Source of the DNA: Eubacteriales bacterium
Lineage (GTDB): Bacteria; Bacillota; Clostridia; Oscillospirales; CAG-272
Reading direction: 5' to 3'
Assembly: GCA_041655935.1 (NCBI GenBank)
Contig: JBBAEK010000001.1
Span: forward strand, 7,067-71,066
DNA length: 64,000 nucleotides
The notes beneath the pieces are model-generated. The model was not told the DNA's origin. It saw only the letters and a program-made list of their open reading frames with translations, and ran no database searches. Below are positions 36,544 to 45,602 of the stretch, in pieces (positions within the stretch are counted from its first letter, which is position 1; each line of letters begins with the position of its first letter). The translations under genes were made by a program, and so were the position numbers.

Positions 36544-37338
36544 TCAAATGCAAAGGGTGGTGAGCCCCGGGGCCTTCATGACCGTAATCTCCCGGAAGCC
36601 GCACGCTCGCAAAAGGGAGAGGGACTGCTCAAAGCCGTACTCCAGCGCCTCTGCCCTGTGCGCGTCGGAGGAGAGGATGACGGCGGCACCGCGCTTCCGC
36701 AGCTCGTGCAAAATCCACGGGGCGGGATATGGGGTGGTGCGGTAGCCGCGGGACATCGTGCCGGTGTTCAGCTCAAACAGGCGGCACACGGGCAGCACGG
36801 CATCCAGTGTGTCACTGACTATGCGTTGATATTCCGGGGCGTTCTCGTCAATGATGCCCTCAAACTTGGTGAGAAGGTCAAAGTGCCCGATGACGGTGGG
36901 AGCGGTGCGGTGCACCATCTCCCGCAGGGTGCGGTAGTAGGCGTCGGCGGCGCGCAGGGGGTCGCCGTCAAAGATCTGCGCAATCGTCTGCGTCAGGCTC
37001 TCCTTTGAGAGGTCCACGGGAAAGTACCGCTCCCCCCGGCGCAGGTAATGTACCGAGCCGATGACATAGTCGGGCTGAAAGCCGGCTGTCCCATAGGCAT
37101 CCAGCTCCAGCCCGCACAGCACGCGGATGCGGCCGGCGTACTCCCGGCGCAGCGCCAGCACCTCCCGCACATAGCCCGCCTCGTCCCGCAGGCAATAGGA
37201 GCGGTCAAAGGGGGTGACGGAATGGGCGGAAAAGCCGATGAGCTCCATGCCCCGCGCCAGGGCTGCCTCCACCATCTCCCGCGGGGTGTTGGCACCGTCG
37301 CAGAGGGTGGTGTGGGTGTGAAGGTCGGAGCGGATCAT
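36544..37338 (-). CDS. hisJ: histidinol-phosphatase, PHP/HisJ family
   Basis: [33 protein letters not shown]. Last gene of the his block. Confidence 0.8.
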   Translation of the reverse strand: MIRSDLHTHTTLCDGANTPREMVEAALARGMELIGFSAHSVTPFDRSYCLRDEAGYVREVLALRREYAGRIRVLCGLELDAYGTAGFQPDYVIGSVHYLRRGERYFPVDLSKESLTQTIAQIFDGDPLRAADAYYRTLREMVHRTAPTVIGHFDLLTKFEGIIDENAPEYQRIVSDTLDAVLPVCRLFELNTGTMSRGYRTTPYPAPWILHELRKRGAAVILSSDAHRAEALEYGFEQSLSLLRACGFREITVMKAPGLTTLCI

Positions 37339-37979
37339 TGCAGAGGCTCCTGTTTGACCTTGTGGTCAATGACATGGCGCCGGCCCAGCTCGTCGCGCAG
37401 CTCGGAGAGGGAGATGCCCAGTTCCGCCATGAGCACCAGGGCATGATAGGTGAGGTCTGCCAGCTCAAAGGTGGCCTCTTCCTTGCCGTTTTTGGCACCG
37501 ATGATGACCTCAGTGGCTTCCTCGCCCACCTTTTTCAAAATCTTATCCAGCCCCTTTTGGAATAGGTAGGTGGTGTAGGAACCCTCGGGCAGCGTTTGCT
37601 TTCTGCCCTCGATTAAGTGGTAGAGTTCGTCGATGGAAAAGGGTGTCTGCTGCTCTTCGTGGTAGATGGGGTTGAAAAAGCAGGAGTTGCTGCCGGTGTG
37701 GCAGGCGGGTCCGTCCTTGGTGACCCGCACCACCAGAGCGTCCCCGTCACAGTCGGCGGTGATGCTGCGGATGTGCTGGTAGTGCCCCGAGGTCTCGCCC
37801 TTCAGCCAGAGCTGTTGGCGGGAGCGGCTGAAAAAGCAGGTCTTTTTTTGCTCCAGGCTGATTTGCAGGCTTTCCCTGTTCATGTAGGCGACGGTCAGCA
37901 CCTCGCCGGTGTGAAAGTCCTGCACCACGGCGGGAATCAGGCCCTGCTCGTCAAATTTCAGTTGGTTGATGTCAAACAT
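37335..37979 (-). CDS. hisIE: bifunctional phosphoribosyl-AMP cyclohydrolase / phosphoribosyl-ATP pyrophosphatase
   Basis: [30 protein letters not shown], then a MazG-like PRA-PH half ([11 protein letters not shown]). Confidence 0.92.
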   Translation of the reverse strand: MFDINQLKFDEQGLIPAVVQDFHTGEVLTVAYMNRESLQISLEQKKTCFFSRSRQQLWLKGETSGHYQHIRSITADCDGDALVVRVTKDGPACHTGSNSCFFNPIYHEEQQTPFSIDELYHLIEGRKQTLPEGSYTTYLFQKGLDKILKKVGEEATEVIIGAKNGKEEATFELADLTYHALVLMAELGISLSELRDELGRRHVIDHKVKQEPLQ

Positions 37980-38739
37980 GATGATACCTCACCTGTATGT
38001 TGTGTTGCCGGAGTGTTTGTTTCAGCTCTGCGATAGGCACTTGCCCGAAGTGGAAAATCGAGGCGGCCAGCCCGGCGTCCACCCGGGGGCAGCGCTGAAA
38101 AAGGGTGACAAAATCCTCGATGCTGCCGGCGCCGCCACTGGCGACCAGGGGGATGGTGAGCCGCTCGCCGACGGCAGAGAGCATCTCCAAATCAAAGCCC
38201 TGTTTCACGCCGTCGGTGTCAATGCTATTGAGCACAATCTCCCCTGCCCCGAGCTCTTGTCCCCGGTGTGCCCACTCGACGGCGTCCAGTCCGGTGTGTT
38301 CCCTGCCCCCTTTGGCAAAGACCGCAAAGCGGCCGTCCACTCGTTTGACGTCCATGGACAGCACCACACACTGATTGCCGTAGCGTTTGGCAGCCTGCTC
38401 GATGAGGGCTGGGTCACGGATGGCGCCGGAGTTGACGCTGACCTTGTCGGCCCCGCACTTCAACAGGCGGTCAAAGTCGGCAACAGAGGTGACCCCGCCC
38501 CCCACAGTCAGGGGGATGAATACCTCCCCTGCCACACGCTGCAGGATGTCTGAAAACAGGGCACGCCCCTCAAAAGAGGCGGTAATATCGTAAAAAACCA
38601 GCTCGTCGGCGCCGCTGTCATTGTAGTGGCGCGCCAGTGCGACCGGGTCCTGCACATCCCGTATATCCCCGAAATTGACCCCCTTGACCACGCGGTTGTC
38701 CCGTATGTCCAGACAGGGGATAATTCTTTTAGCTAACAT
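37972..38739 (-). CDS. hisF: imidazole glycerol phosphate synthase cyclase subunit
   Basis: [37 protein letters not shown]. Confidence 0.95.
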   Translation of the reverse strand: MLAKRIIPCLDIRDNRVVKGVNFGDIRDVQDPVALARHYNDSGADELVFYDITASFEGRALFSDILQRVAGEVFIPLTVGGGVTSVADFDRLLKCGADKVSVNSGAIRDPALIEQAAKRYGNQCVVLSMDVKRVDGRFAVFAKGGREHTGLDAVEWAHRGQELGAGEIVLNSIDTDGVKQGFDLEMLSAVGERLTIPLVASGGAGSIEDFVTLFQRCPRVDAGLAASIFHFGQVPIAELKQTLRQHNIQVRYHHV

Positions 38740-39454
38740 GACAATCCCTCACCCTTTCCAGTGCGGTTTTGAGGTCGAGCACACCGGTGTACAGGGATTT
38801 TCCCAGAATGGCGGCGGAAATGCCCATGCGGCACAGGGCCTCGAGTTCGTCGTAATAGGTAATGCCGCCGGAGGCGGTGATGCGCAGCGGAAGGCTTGCC
38901 AGCGTCCGATAAACCTCCAAATTGGTGCCCTGCATCGCGCCGTCCCGCGCAATGTCGGTGTAAATGACGTCGCTCACGCCAAGCTCTGCCAGGCGGCGGC
39001 AGAACTCAATGGCGGGGGTGTCTGTCAGGGTGCGCCAGCCGTGGATGGCGACATAGCCGTCCCGGGCATCCACGCCCACCGCGAGGCGATGGCCGTACTT
39101 TGCCAGCATATCGGTGAGGAAAGCCGGGTTCTCCAGCGCAACGCTGCCGAGGATCACCCGACCGACCCCCGCCTCCAGGTAGCGGCAAATGCGCGCCTCG
39201 TCGCGGATCCCCCCGCCCACTTCCACAAAGAGGTTCGTGGCGGCGACAATATCGCGGATGACGTCAAAGTTCGAAAGGGTGCCGTCCTTGGCACCGTCCA
39301 GGTCCACCACGTGCAGGTGGGTTGCCCCGCACGCCTCAAAGCCCAGGGCCGTCTCGACGGGGCGGTCGTCGTACACCGCCACCCGGTCATAGTCGCCCCG
39401 GGTCAGGCGGACCACCTGTCGGTTGATGATGTCGATTGCCGGGTAAATGTCCAT
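38729..39454 (-). CDS. hisA: ProFAR isomerase
   Basis: MDIYPAIDIINRQVVRLTRGDY, HVVDLDGA, VGGGIR. The start is set at ATG 39454, 8 nt after the hisH stop. Confidence 0.92.
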   Translation of the reverse strand: MDIYPAIDIINRQVVRLTRGDYDRVAVYDDRPVETALGFEACGATHLHVVDLDGAKDGTLSNFDVIRDIVAATNLFVEVGGGIRDEARICRYLEAGVGRVILGSVALENPAFLTDMLAKYGHRLAVGVDARDGYVAIHGWRTLTDTPAIEFCRRLAELGVSDVIYTDIARDGAMQGTNLEVYRTLASLPLRITASGGITYYDELEALCRMGISAAILGKSLYTGVLDLKTALERVRDCHVS

Positions 39455-39462
39455 CGCTGTCC

Positions 39463-40071
39463 TCACAGTTCTAAAAATGCGCGCAAAATGGCAAGCCCGG
39501 TCTCCCCGCTTTTTTCGGGGTGAAACTGAGTGCCGTAGACATGGCCGCACGAGACGGCGCCGGTAATGGTGATCCCGTAGTCCGAGGTGGCCAGCAGGGC
39601 GGGCTCACAGCGGGTGGCGTGGTAGGAGTGCACATAGTAGACATACTCACCCTCCCGGACATACCGAAACAGCGGGGTTTGCCGGACGAAATGCAGGTCG
39701 TTCCAGCCCATGTGCGGGACCTTGAGCGGGGTGTCCAGCGCCTCCGCGATCGGGCGGATCTCGCCGCCGATGAGCCCCAGTCCCCGGTGCTCGCCATACT
39801 CGAAACTGCGGTCAAACAGCAGTTGCATCCCCAAACAGATACCCAAGATGGGCTTCCCCGCCTGCGCTTCGCTTTGAATGACGGGAATCAAGCCGGTTTC
39901 CTCCAGCTTCCGGTAGGCGTCGGCAAAGGCGCCCACGCCGGGCAACACCAGCCGTTCCGCCGCCCGGATGGTGTCGGCGTCGGCGGTGACGGTGACTTCT
40001 GCCCCCGCTTTTCTAAGCGATCCGCACAAGGAGAAGAGGTTGCCGACGCCATAGTCTATGACTGCGGTCAT
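39463..40071 (-). CDS. hisH: imidazole glycerol phosphate synthase glutaminase subunit
   Basis: VIDYGVGNLFS, LPGVGAF, GICLGMQLL, FHPEKS. Confidence 0.95.
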   Translation of the reverse strand: MTAVIDYGVGNLFSLCGSLRKAGAEVTVTADADTIRAAERLVLPGVGAFADAYRKLEETGLIPVIQSEAQAGKPILGICLGMQLLFDRSFEYGEHRGLGLIGGEIRPIAEALDTPLKVPHMGWNDLHFVRQTPLFRYVREGEYVYYVHSYHATRCEPALLATSDYGITITGAVSCGHVYGTQFHPEKSGETGLAILRAFLEL

Positions 40072-40658
40072 GCCATAACCCCTTTGGTAGTGGGCAGCGC
40101 CCGGGCGGTCTGCTCGTCAATGGTCAGTGCCCGCCGCAACGCGCGCGCCAGGGCTTTGAAGGCGGCTTCCATGAGGTGGTGGGTGTTCTTGCCCTTGAGT
40201 TTCATCAGGTGCAGATTGATGGCGGCGTTGCGGGTAAAGGCCTGCAGAAACTCCTCCAGCAGTTCGGTGTCGAAGTCCCCTACCCGTTTGGCGGGCAAGG
40301 GGAGGTCAAGCGACAGAAAGCTCCTGCCGCCGAAGTCAACCGCACACAGCACCAACGCCTCGTCCATGGGCAGGGTAACATCGCCGTAGCGGCAAATGCC
40401 GCGGCAGTCCCCCGCCGCTTCCCGAAACGCCCGCCCCAAACAGATGGCGATGTCCTCGGCGGTGTGGTGGGCATCCACTTTCAGATCCCCCCGGCAAGTA
40501 AGGCGGAGGTCAAAGTTGCCGTGCTTGGCAAACAGGGTCAACATGTGGTCGAGAAAGCCCACCCCGGTGTCAGCCTGACACTCCCCCTGCCCGTCCAGTT
40601 GGAGGGAGAGCGAAATGTCGGTCTCGGCGGTCTTTCGATTGATCTCAGCGGTTCTCAT
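40068..40658 (-). CDS. hisB: imidazoleglycerol-phosphate dehydratase
   Basis: RKTAETDI, GVGFLDHML, DAHHTAEDIAI, NTHHLMEAAFKA. Confidence 0.95.
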   Translation of the reverse strand: MRTAEINRKTAETDISLSLQLDGQGECQADTGVGFLDHMLTLFAKHGNFDLRLTCRGDLKVDAHHTAEDIAICLGRAFREAAGDCRGICRYGDVTLPMDEALVLCAVDFGGRSFLSLDLPLPAKRVGDFDTELLEEFLQAFTRNAAINLHLMKLKGKNTHHLMEAAFKALARALRRALTIDEQTARALPTTKGVMA

Positions 40659-41725
40659 AGGTCTGCCTCCTGTAAAATCTCGGCTATCTGCGCCAACAGG
40701 ATATCCATCTGCTCCCGGGCCCCCACGGTGATGCGCACATGCCGGTCAATGCGGGTCTCCGTCTCCCCTAAGTAACGCACCAGCACCCCGCGCTCTTTCA
40801 GCTTTTGGTACAGTGCTTTCCCATGGATGCGGGGGTGTTGCGCCAATATGAAGTTGGCGCGGGAGTCGGTGCAGGTAAAGCCCAAGCGGGCAAGCTGCGC
40901 TGTCGTGTCTTCCCGGGTTCGGATTACGGCCTCGGTACAGCGGCGAAAATAGGCCTCGTCCTCCATGGCGGCCTTGCCCGCCAAAATGGACAGGCGGTTG
41001 AGGTTGTACGGGTTGAAGGAAAATTTCAGGGTGTTCAGGTCGGCAATCAAAGCGGGGTGCCCGATGGCAAAGCCGATCCGCGCGCCCGCCAGGTTGCGGG
41101 ACTTGGAAAAGGTCTGCACGACCAGCAGATGGTCATACCGCTTGGTCAAAGGGACGACAGACTCACCGCCGAAGTCAATATACGCCTCGTCTACAAGCAC
41201 CACACGATCCGGGTTCGCCCTGACAATGGTCTCGATTTTCGCCGGGGTCAGGTAGAGCCCGGTTTGGGCGTTGGGGTTGGCCAGTACCACCATCCCTTTT
41301 GCCCGGACAAATTGATCGGGGTCAATGCGCAGGCACTCGTCCACGGGGACAGGATAGAAGGGCAACCCGAAAAAGGCGGCAAACACGGGATAAAAGCCGT
41401 AGGAGAGGTCGGGGGCGCTCACCCCCGCGCTGCCGAAAGCGTGAAAGGCAAAGGCAAGCACCTCGTCACTGCCGTTGCCCGCAAAAACATGGTCGGGAGG
41501 CACGGCATAACGGCGGGCGATCGCCTCTGTCAGATCGGCGGCGGTAGGGCTGGAATAGAGGTTGAGCTTCTCTGTCTCCCCGCGGTGCAAAGCGGCGATG
41601 ACGCCGGGCGACGGCGGAAACGGGGACTCATTGGTGTTCAGCTTAATATATTGTTTGTCCCGGGGCTGTTCGCCCGGCGTGTAGGGGACAAGACCGGCTA
41701 AATCCGGAGAAAAAAATCGGCTCAT
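40655..41725 (-). CDS. hisC: histidinol-phosphate aminotransferase
   Basis: KLNTNESPFPPSP, NGSDE, QTFSKSRNLAGARIG (PLP lysine). Confidence 0.92.
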   Translation of the reverse strand: MSRFFSPDLAGLVPYTPGEQPRDKQYIKLNTNESPFPPSPGVIAALHRGETEKLNLYSSPTAADLTEAIARRYAVPPDHVFAGNGSDEVLAFAFHAFGSAGVSAPDLSYGFYPVFAAFFGLPFYPVPVDECLRIDPDQFVRAKGMVVLANPNAQTGLYLTPAKIETIVRANPDRVVLVDEAYIDFGGESVVPLTKRYDHLLVVQTFSKSRNLAGARIGFAIGHPALIADLNTLKFSFNPYNLNRLSILAGKAAMEDEAYFRRCTEAVIRTREDTTAQLARLGFTCTDSRANFILAQHPRIHGKALYQKLKERGVLVRYLGETETRIDRHVRITVGAREQMDILLAQIAEILQEADL

Positions 41726-43002
41726 GAGTCCTCCTCCAAACGCACCAGCACGCTCTGTGCGTGCCCTTGCAGTCCCTCGCGCAGGGCGAAGTCCGCGACA
41801 CGGCCGGACACCGACCGGAGCGCCGGCTCGGGGTAGTAGAGGTAAGAGGACTTCTTGCGGAAGTCGTCCACCGACAGGGGGGAGGAAAAGGCGGCGCTGC
41901 CGCCGGTGGGCAGGGTGTGGTTGGTGCCCGCGAAGTAGTCCCCCAGCGCCTCGGGGGTGTGATGCCCCAGAAAGATCGACCCGGCATTGCGAACGAGGGG
42001 CAAGAGGTCAAAGGGTTGCGCCACGCACAGCTCCAGGTGCTCGGGGGCGATGGCGTTACTGAGTTCAACGGCTTTTTCCATGCTGTCGGTGAGGATGATT
42101 TTGCCGTTCTGGTCAATTGAGGCGCGGGCGATGTCGGCACGCTGCAGGGCGGGGATTTGCAGCTCGAGTTGATCTCTCACGGCGGCCGCCAGTTCAGGGG
42201 AGTCGGTCAGGAGCACGGCCGATGCCAGACGGTCATGCTCTGCCTGAGAGAGCAGGTCCGCCGCCACATAGCGGGGATTGGCGGTGCGGTCGGCAATCAC
42301 CAAAATCTCGCTGGGGCCGGCAATCATGTCAATCGCCACCCTGCCAAAGACCATTCTTTTGGCAATCGCCACAAAAATATTGCCCGGCCCCACAATTTTG
42401 TTCACCGCGGGGATGGTCTCGGTGCCGTAGGCAAGGGCGGCGATGGCTTGCGCGCCGCCGCAACGGAAGACAAGGTCCACCCCGCACAGCTCGGCGGCGG
42501 CGAGAATCTCGTCCGCCACTTCCCCTTTTTGGTTGGCGGGGGTGGTCATGACCAGCTGTGACACGCCCGCTATCTTGGCGGGGATGGCGTTCATCAGCAC
42601 GGTAGAGGGGTAACTGGCGGTGCCGCCCGGCACATAGATGCCGACCTTTTCAATGGGGGTGTAACTCTGTCCGAGGATGACCCCCTGCTCTTTTTCCAGG
42701 CGGAAGCCGTCGCGTAGCTGGTGGCGGTGGAAAAACTCGATGTTTTCCTTTGCCTGCCGCAGGGTGCGCAAAAATTCCGGGTCGAGCCGGCTTTTCGCCG
42801 CTTCCATCTCGGCACGGGTGACGGGGAGGGATGCCAGGGTGGGACAATCGAACTTCCGACCGTATGCCAAAACGGCACGGTCGCCGTTTTGCCGCACATC
42901 GGCAATAATGTCCCTGACGGTTTGTTCCTGCTCGGGGTAGCTCTGAATATCCCGGTTAAGAATAGCGGACAGCGGAATGTCCCGCTCAAATAGGCGAATC
43001 AT
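41722..43002 (-). CDS. hisD: histidinol dehydrogenase
   Basis: [40 protein letters not shown]. Confidence 0.95.
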   Translation of the reverse strand: MIRLFERDIPLSAILNRDIQSYPEQEQTVRDIIADVRQNGDRAVLAYGRKFDCPTLASLPVTRAEMEAAKSRLDPEFLRTLRQAKENIEFFHRHQLRDGFRLEKEQGVILGQSYTPIEKVGIYVPGGTASYPSTVLMNAIPAKIAGVSQLVMTTPANQKGEVADEILAAAELCGVDLVFRCGGAQAIAALAYGTETIPAVNKIVGPGNIFVAIAKRMVFGRVAIDMIAGPSEILVIADRTANPRYVAADLLSQAEHDRLASAVLLTDSPELAAAVRDQLELQIPALQRADIARASIDQNGKIILTDSMEKAVELSNAIAPEHLELCVAQPFDLLPLVRNAGSIFLGHHTPEALGDYFAGTNHTLPTGGSAAFSSPLSVDDFRKKSSYLYYPEPALRSVSGRVADFALREGLQGHAQSVLVRLEEDS

Positions 43003-43625
43003 ACCGACCTTCCCTTCTGCAGCTCTGCCGTGATGCGGTTGATCTGCCCTTCTTTGAACAGGAAAGACGACTTGTTGGCGATCAGGCGGGCACTGATGGA
43101 CACGATCTCCTCCACGACCTGCAGTCCGTTTTCGCGCAGGGTGGCGCCTGTCTCCACCAGGTCGACAATCACGTCGGACATGCCGACAATGGGGGCGAGC
43201 TCAATGGAGCCGTACAGCTTGATGATCTCCACATCCCTGTTCTTTTTCGTATAGTGGGTGCGGGTGATATTGGTGAATTTGGTGGCGACGCGAAGGGGGC
43301 GGGCGGTGTCCTCCCGATACCCGGTCATGGCTGCCACGCACATGCGGCAGCTCCCAAAGCCCAGGTCGAGCAGTTCATAGACATCGGGGGCGTTTTCCAG
43401 CAAAATATCCTTGCCCACCACGCCGATGTCCGCCGCGCCCTTTTCCACATATATGGCGACGTCGGAGGGCTTGACCAGAAAGTAGCGGACGTCGTTGTGC
43501 GGGTTCTCAAAGATCAGCTTGCGGCTGCCCTCGTCGGTGATCTCCGCGCAGCCGTAGCCAATCTCATCCAGCAGTTGATACACTTGCATACCCAGTCTGC
43601 CTTTTGGCAGGGCGATGTTCAACAT
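42999..43625 (-). CDS. hisG: ATP phosphoribosyltransferase, short (HisZ-dependent) form
   Basis: MLNIALPKGRL, 208 aa with no C-terminal regulatory domain, DLVETGATLRENGL. Confidence 0.93.
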   Translation of the reverse strand: MLNIALPKGRLGMQVYQLLDEIGYGCAEITDEGSRKLIFENPHNDVRYFLVKPSDVAIYVEKGAADIGVVGKDILLENAPDVYELLDLGFGSCRMCVAAMTGYREDTARPLRVATKFTNITRTHYTKKNRDVEIIKLYGSIELAPIVGMSDVIVDLVETGATLRENGLQVVEEIVSISARLIANKSSFLFKEGQINRITAELQKGRSV

Positions 43626-43636
43626 GGCACTCTCCT

Positions 43637-44725
43637 TTACACGCGGTGGATTTCCCGATACCTGAGCCCTGCCGGAACCGTGGGCTCCACGCGGACTCCG
43701 CGCCCCTTGGCCCGTAACTGTTCAGCGGTGCGCAGCACCTCGGCGGGGTCGGAGGTATCGGCGTAGAGCAATAGCACGTCCGTGTCATACTCCCCGGGCT
43801 TCTGATGATAGAGCAGCTCGGCCAAATAGACCGCAAAGCCGATGGCGCCGATGCCCACCGCAAACTTCTCTGCCAACCTGTCATAGCGGCCGCCCGACAG
43901 GACGGGGGCGGCAATGCCCTCGATGTAGCCGCGGAAAACCACCCCGGTGTAGTACTCCATGGCATTGACGCCGGAAAAGTCCAGCTTGATGCGATCGGCA
44001 TAGCCCAGCGCGGACAGGCTCTCACAGAGGGCGCACAGCTCCTCATACTCCCTGAGCGTCTCGTCGGTCGTGATGAGCGGGCGCATCCGGGCGAGGGTTT
44101 CCTTGGCAGAGCCTCCGCTTTGGGCAAGGAAGGTGAGCAGGGCGGCATGTTGTTTCGGCATGTTGAGCGCGGTGGTCAGGCGGCTGAGGTCGTGCGCGTT
44201 CTTGGAGGCCAAACAAGCCAAAATCTCCTGCTCTTTTTCAAACCTGGCAATGCCGCACCGGTGCAGGATGCCGGCAATGAGGCCCATATGGGAGATTTGC
44301 AGCATGTAACGGTCGCTGATGGCGGCCAGGGAGCGCAAAGCCAACAGGGCGGCCTCAAGTTCCGCCACGGCATCGATGTTGCCCAGCAACTCCAGCCCCA
44401 CCTGATTGATCTCCCGGTACTCACGCGCGTGCTTGTCAAAGCGATAGACACGCTCACGGTACCACAGTTTTTCGCTGGAGGCCGGGGTGGCCTTGGTGTT
44501 TTTCACCATGGACAGGGTGACATCGGGCTTGAGGGCAAGCAACTTGCCGTTTGGGTCATTGAAGACAATCACATACTCGGTAGGCAGGAAGTCCTTGTTC
44601 TCCACATAGAGGGAGTACTCCTCAAACTTATGCATCTTGAAAGCGCGGAAACCGGCGTTTTCATAGATTTGTTTCAGGGCAGAAATGATTCCGTCCTCGC
44701 TTTTGGGAATCAAAGTGTTGTTCAT
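43637..44725 (-). CDS. hisZ: ATP phosphoribosyltransferase regulatory subunit (HisRS paralogue)
   Basis: HisS-like fold (FRAFKMHKFEEYSLY, YRERVYR, GGRYD). The start is at MNNTLIPK (ATG 44725) with an AGGAGGGTTCGT RBS. The 503-aa tracked ORF runs into the carB 3' end and is rejected. Confidence 0.88.
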   Translation of the reverse strand: MNNTLIPKSEDGIISALKQIYENAGFRAFKMHKFEEYSLYVENKDFLPTEYVIVFNDPNGKLLALKPDVTLSMVKNTKATPASSEKLWYRERVYRFDKHAREYREINQVGLELLGNIDAVAELEAALLALRSLAAISDRYMLQISHMGLIAGILHRCGIARFEKEQEILACLASKNAHDLSRLTTALNMPKQHAALLTFLAQSGGSAKETLARMRPLITTDETLREYEELCALCESLSALGYADRIKLDFSGVNAMEYYTGVVFRGYIEGIAAPVLSGGRYDRLAEKFAVGIGAIGFAVYLAELLYHQKPGEYDTDVLLLYADTSDPAEVLRTAEQLRAKGRGVRVEPTVPAGLRYREIHRV

Positions 44726-44765
44726 ACGAACCCTCCTGAGCGTGATGTTGCCGGGGATGTCAGAG

Positions 44766-45602
44766 TCAATAAAACAGCTCCCCTGTGAAAACCTGCTGCA
44801 CATCGCCCGACAGGGTGACTTGGTCGTCGGTGTAGCGAACCACCAAGTCGCCGCCGCGCAGTTTGACGGTGATGTCGGTGTCCTTTTTGCAAAAGCCGCA
44901 CTCGACCGCCGCGATGACGGCGGCGCAGGCGCCGGTGCCGCACGCCCAGGTTTCGCCGTTGCCGCGCTCCCATACGCGCATTTTGATGGTGCTTTCGTTG
45001 ACCACCCGAATGAACTCGGTGTTGATGCGCTCGGGGAAAGCGGAGTGGTTTTCAAAGAGCGGGCCGATCTGCTCGATGTCCACGCCGTCCACCCTGTCGG
45101 TGAAGACCATGCAGTGCGGGTTGCCCACCGAGAGGCAGGTGACGGCATAGGTCTTGCCGCCCACCACCAAAGGATAGTTGAGCAGGCGGTCTGCCGGCAG
45201 GGTGGAGGGCAACGCCTTGGCGGAAAAGTCTACCCTGCCCATATCCACGCTGACATAGGTGACTTTGCCGTCCCGGGTGTACAGGGTCAGGTGTTTGATG
45301 CCGCTGCTGCTTTCCACCGTGATCTGCTCGGCGCTGACATACCCGTGGTCGTACAGGTACTTGCCCACGCAACGGATGGCGTTGCCCGCCATCTTCCCCT
45401 CGCTGCCGTCCCGGTTGAACACCCGCATTTTGACGTCGGCAAGTGCGGACCGCTCGAGCAGAATGATGCCGTTGGCACCCACGCCGTAATGCAGGCGGCA
45501 CAGGTTGATGCAGAGCGACTCGGGACAGGTGATGGCCCCGTCAAAGTTTTCAATGTACAGGTAATCGTCCCCGCATGACTGCATTTTGGTGAAGGTGAGC
45601 TT
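44766..45602 (-). other. DapF-like domain portion of the fusion (about 278 aa)
   Basis: Aligned by eye to E. coli DapF. FSKMHGLGNDF corresponds to FTKMQSCGDDY. AQCGNGARC corresponds to KMAGNAIRC, so the Cys73 position is Ala (codon GCG, 45387-45389). GNPHC is conserved, and ACGSGACA corresponds to ACGTGACA. Confidence 0.75.

Noticed and set aside
36370-37008. 212-aa plus-strand ORF across the ZTP leader and hisJ
   Set aside because: It spans a promoter, a riboswitch and the antisense of a PHP-phosphatase gene. It has no RBS or motif.
44726-44765. T-box or attenuator leader for the his genes
   Set aside because: The gap is 40 nt and contains only the RBS. No specifier, T-box sequence or terminator/antiterminator pair is present.
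43637-45148. 503-aa version of hisZ
   Set aside because: The extra 141 N-terminal residues overlap the DapF-like domain's 3' end in another frame and are Pro/Ala/Ser-rich. A strong AGGAGG RBS precedes the internal ATG at 44725, which gives a normal-length HisZ.
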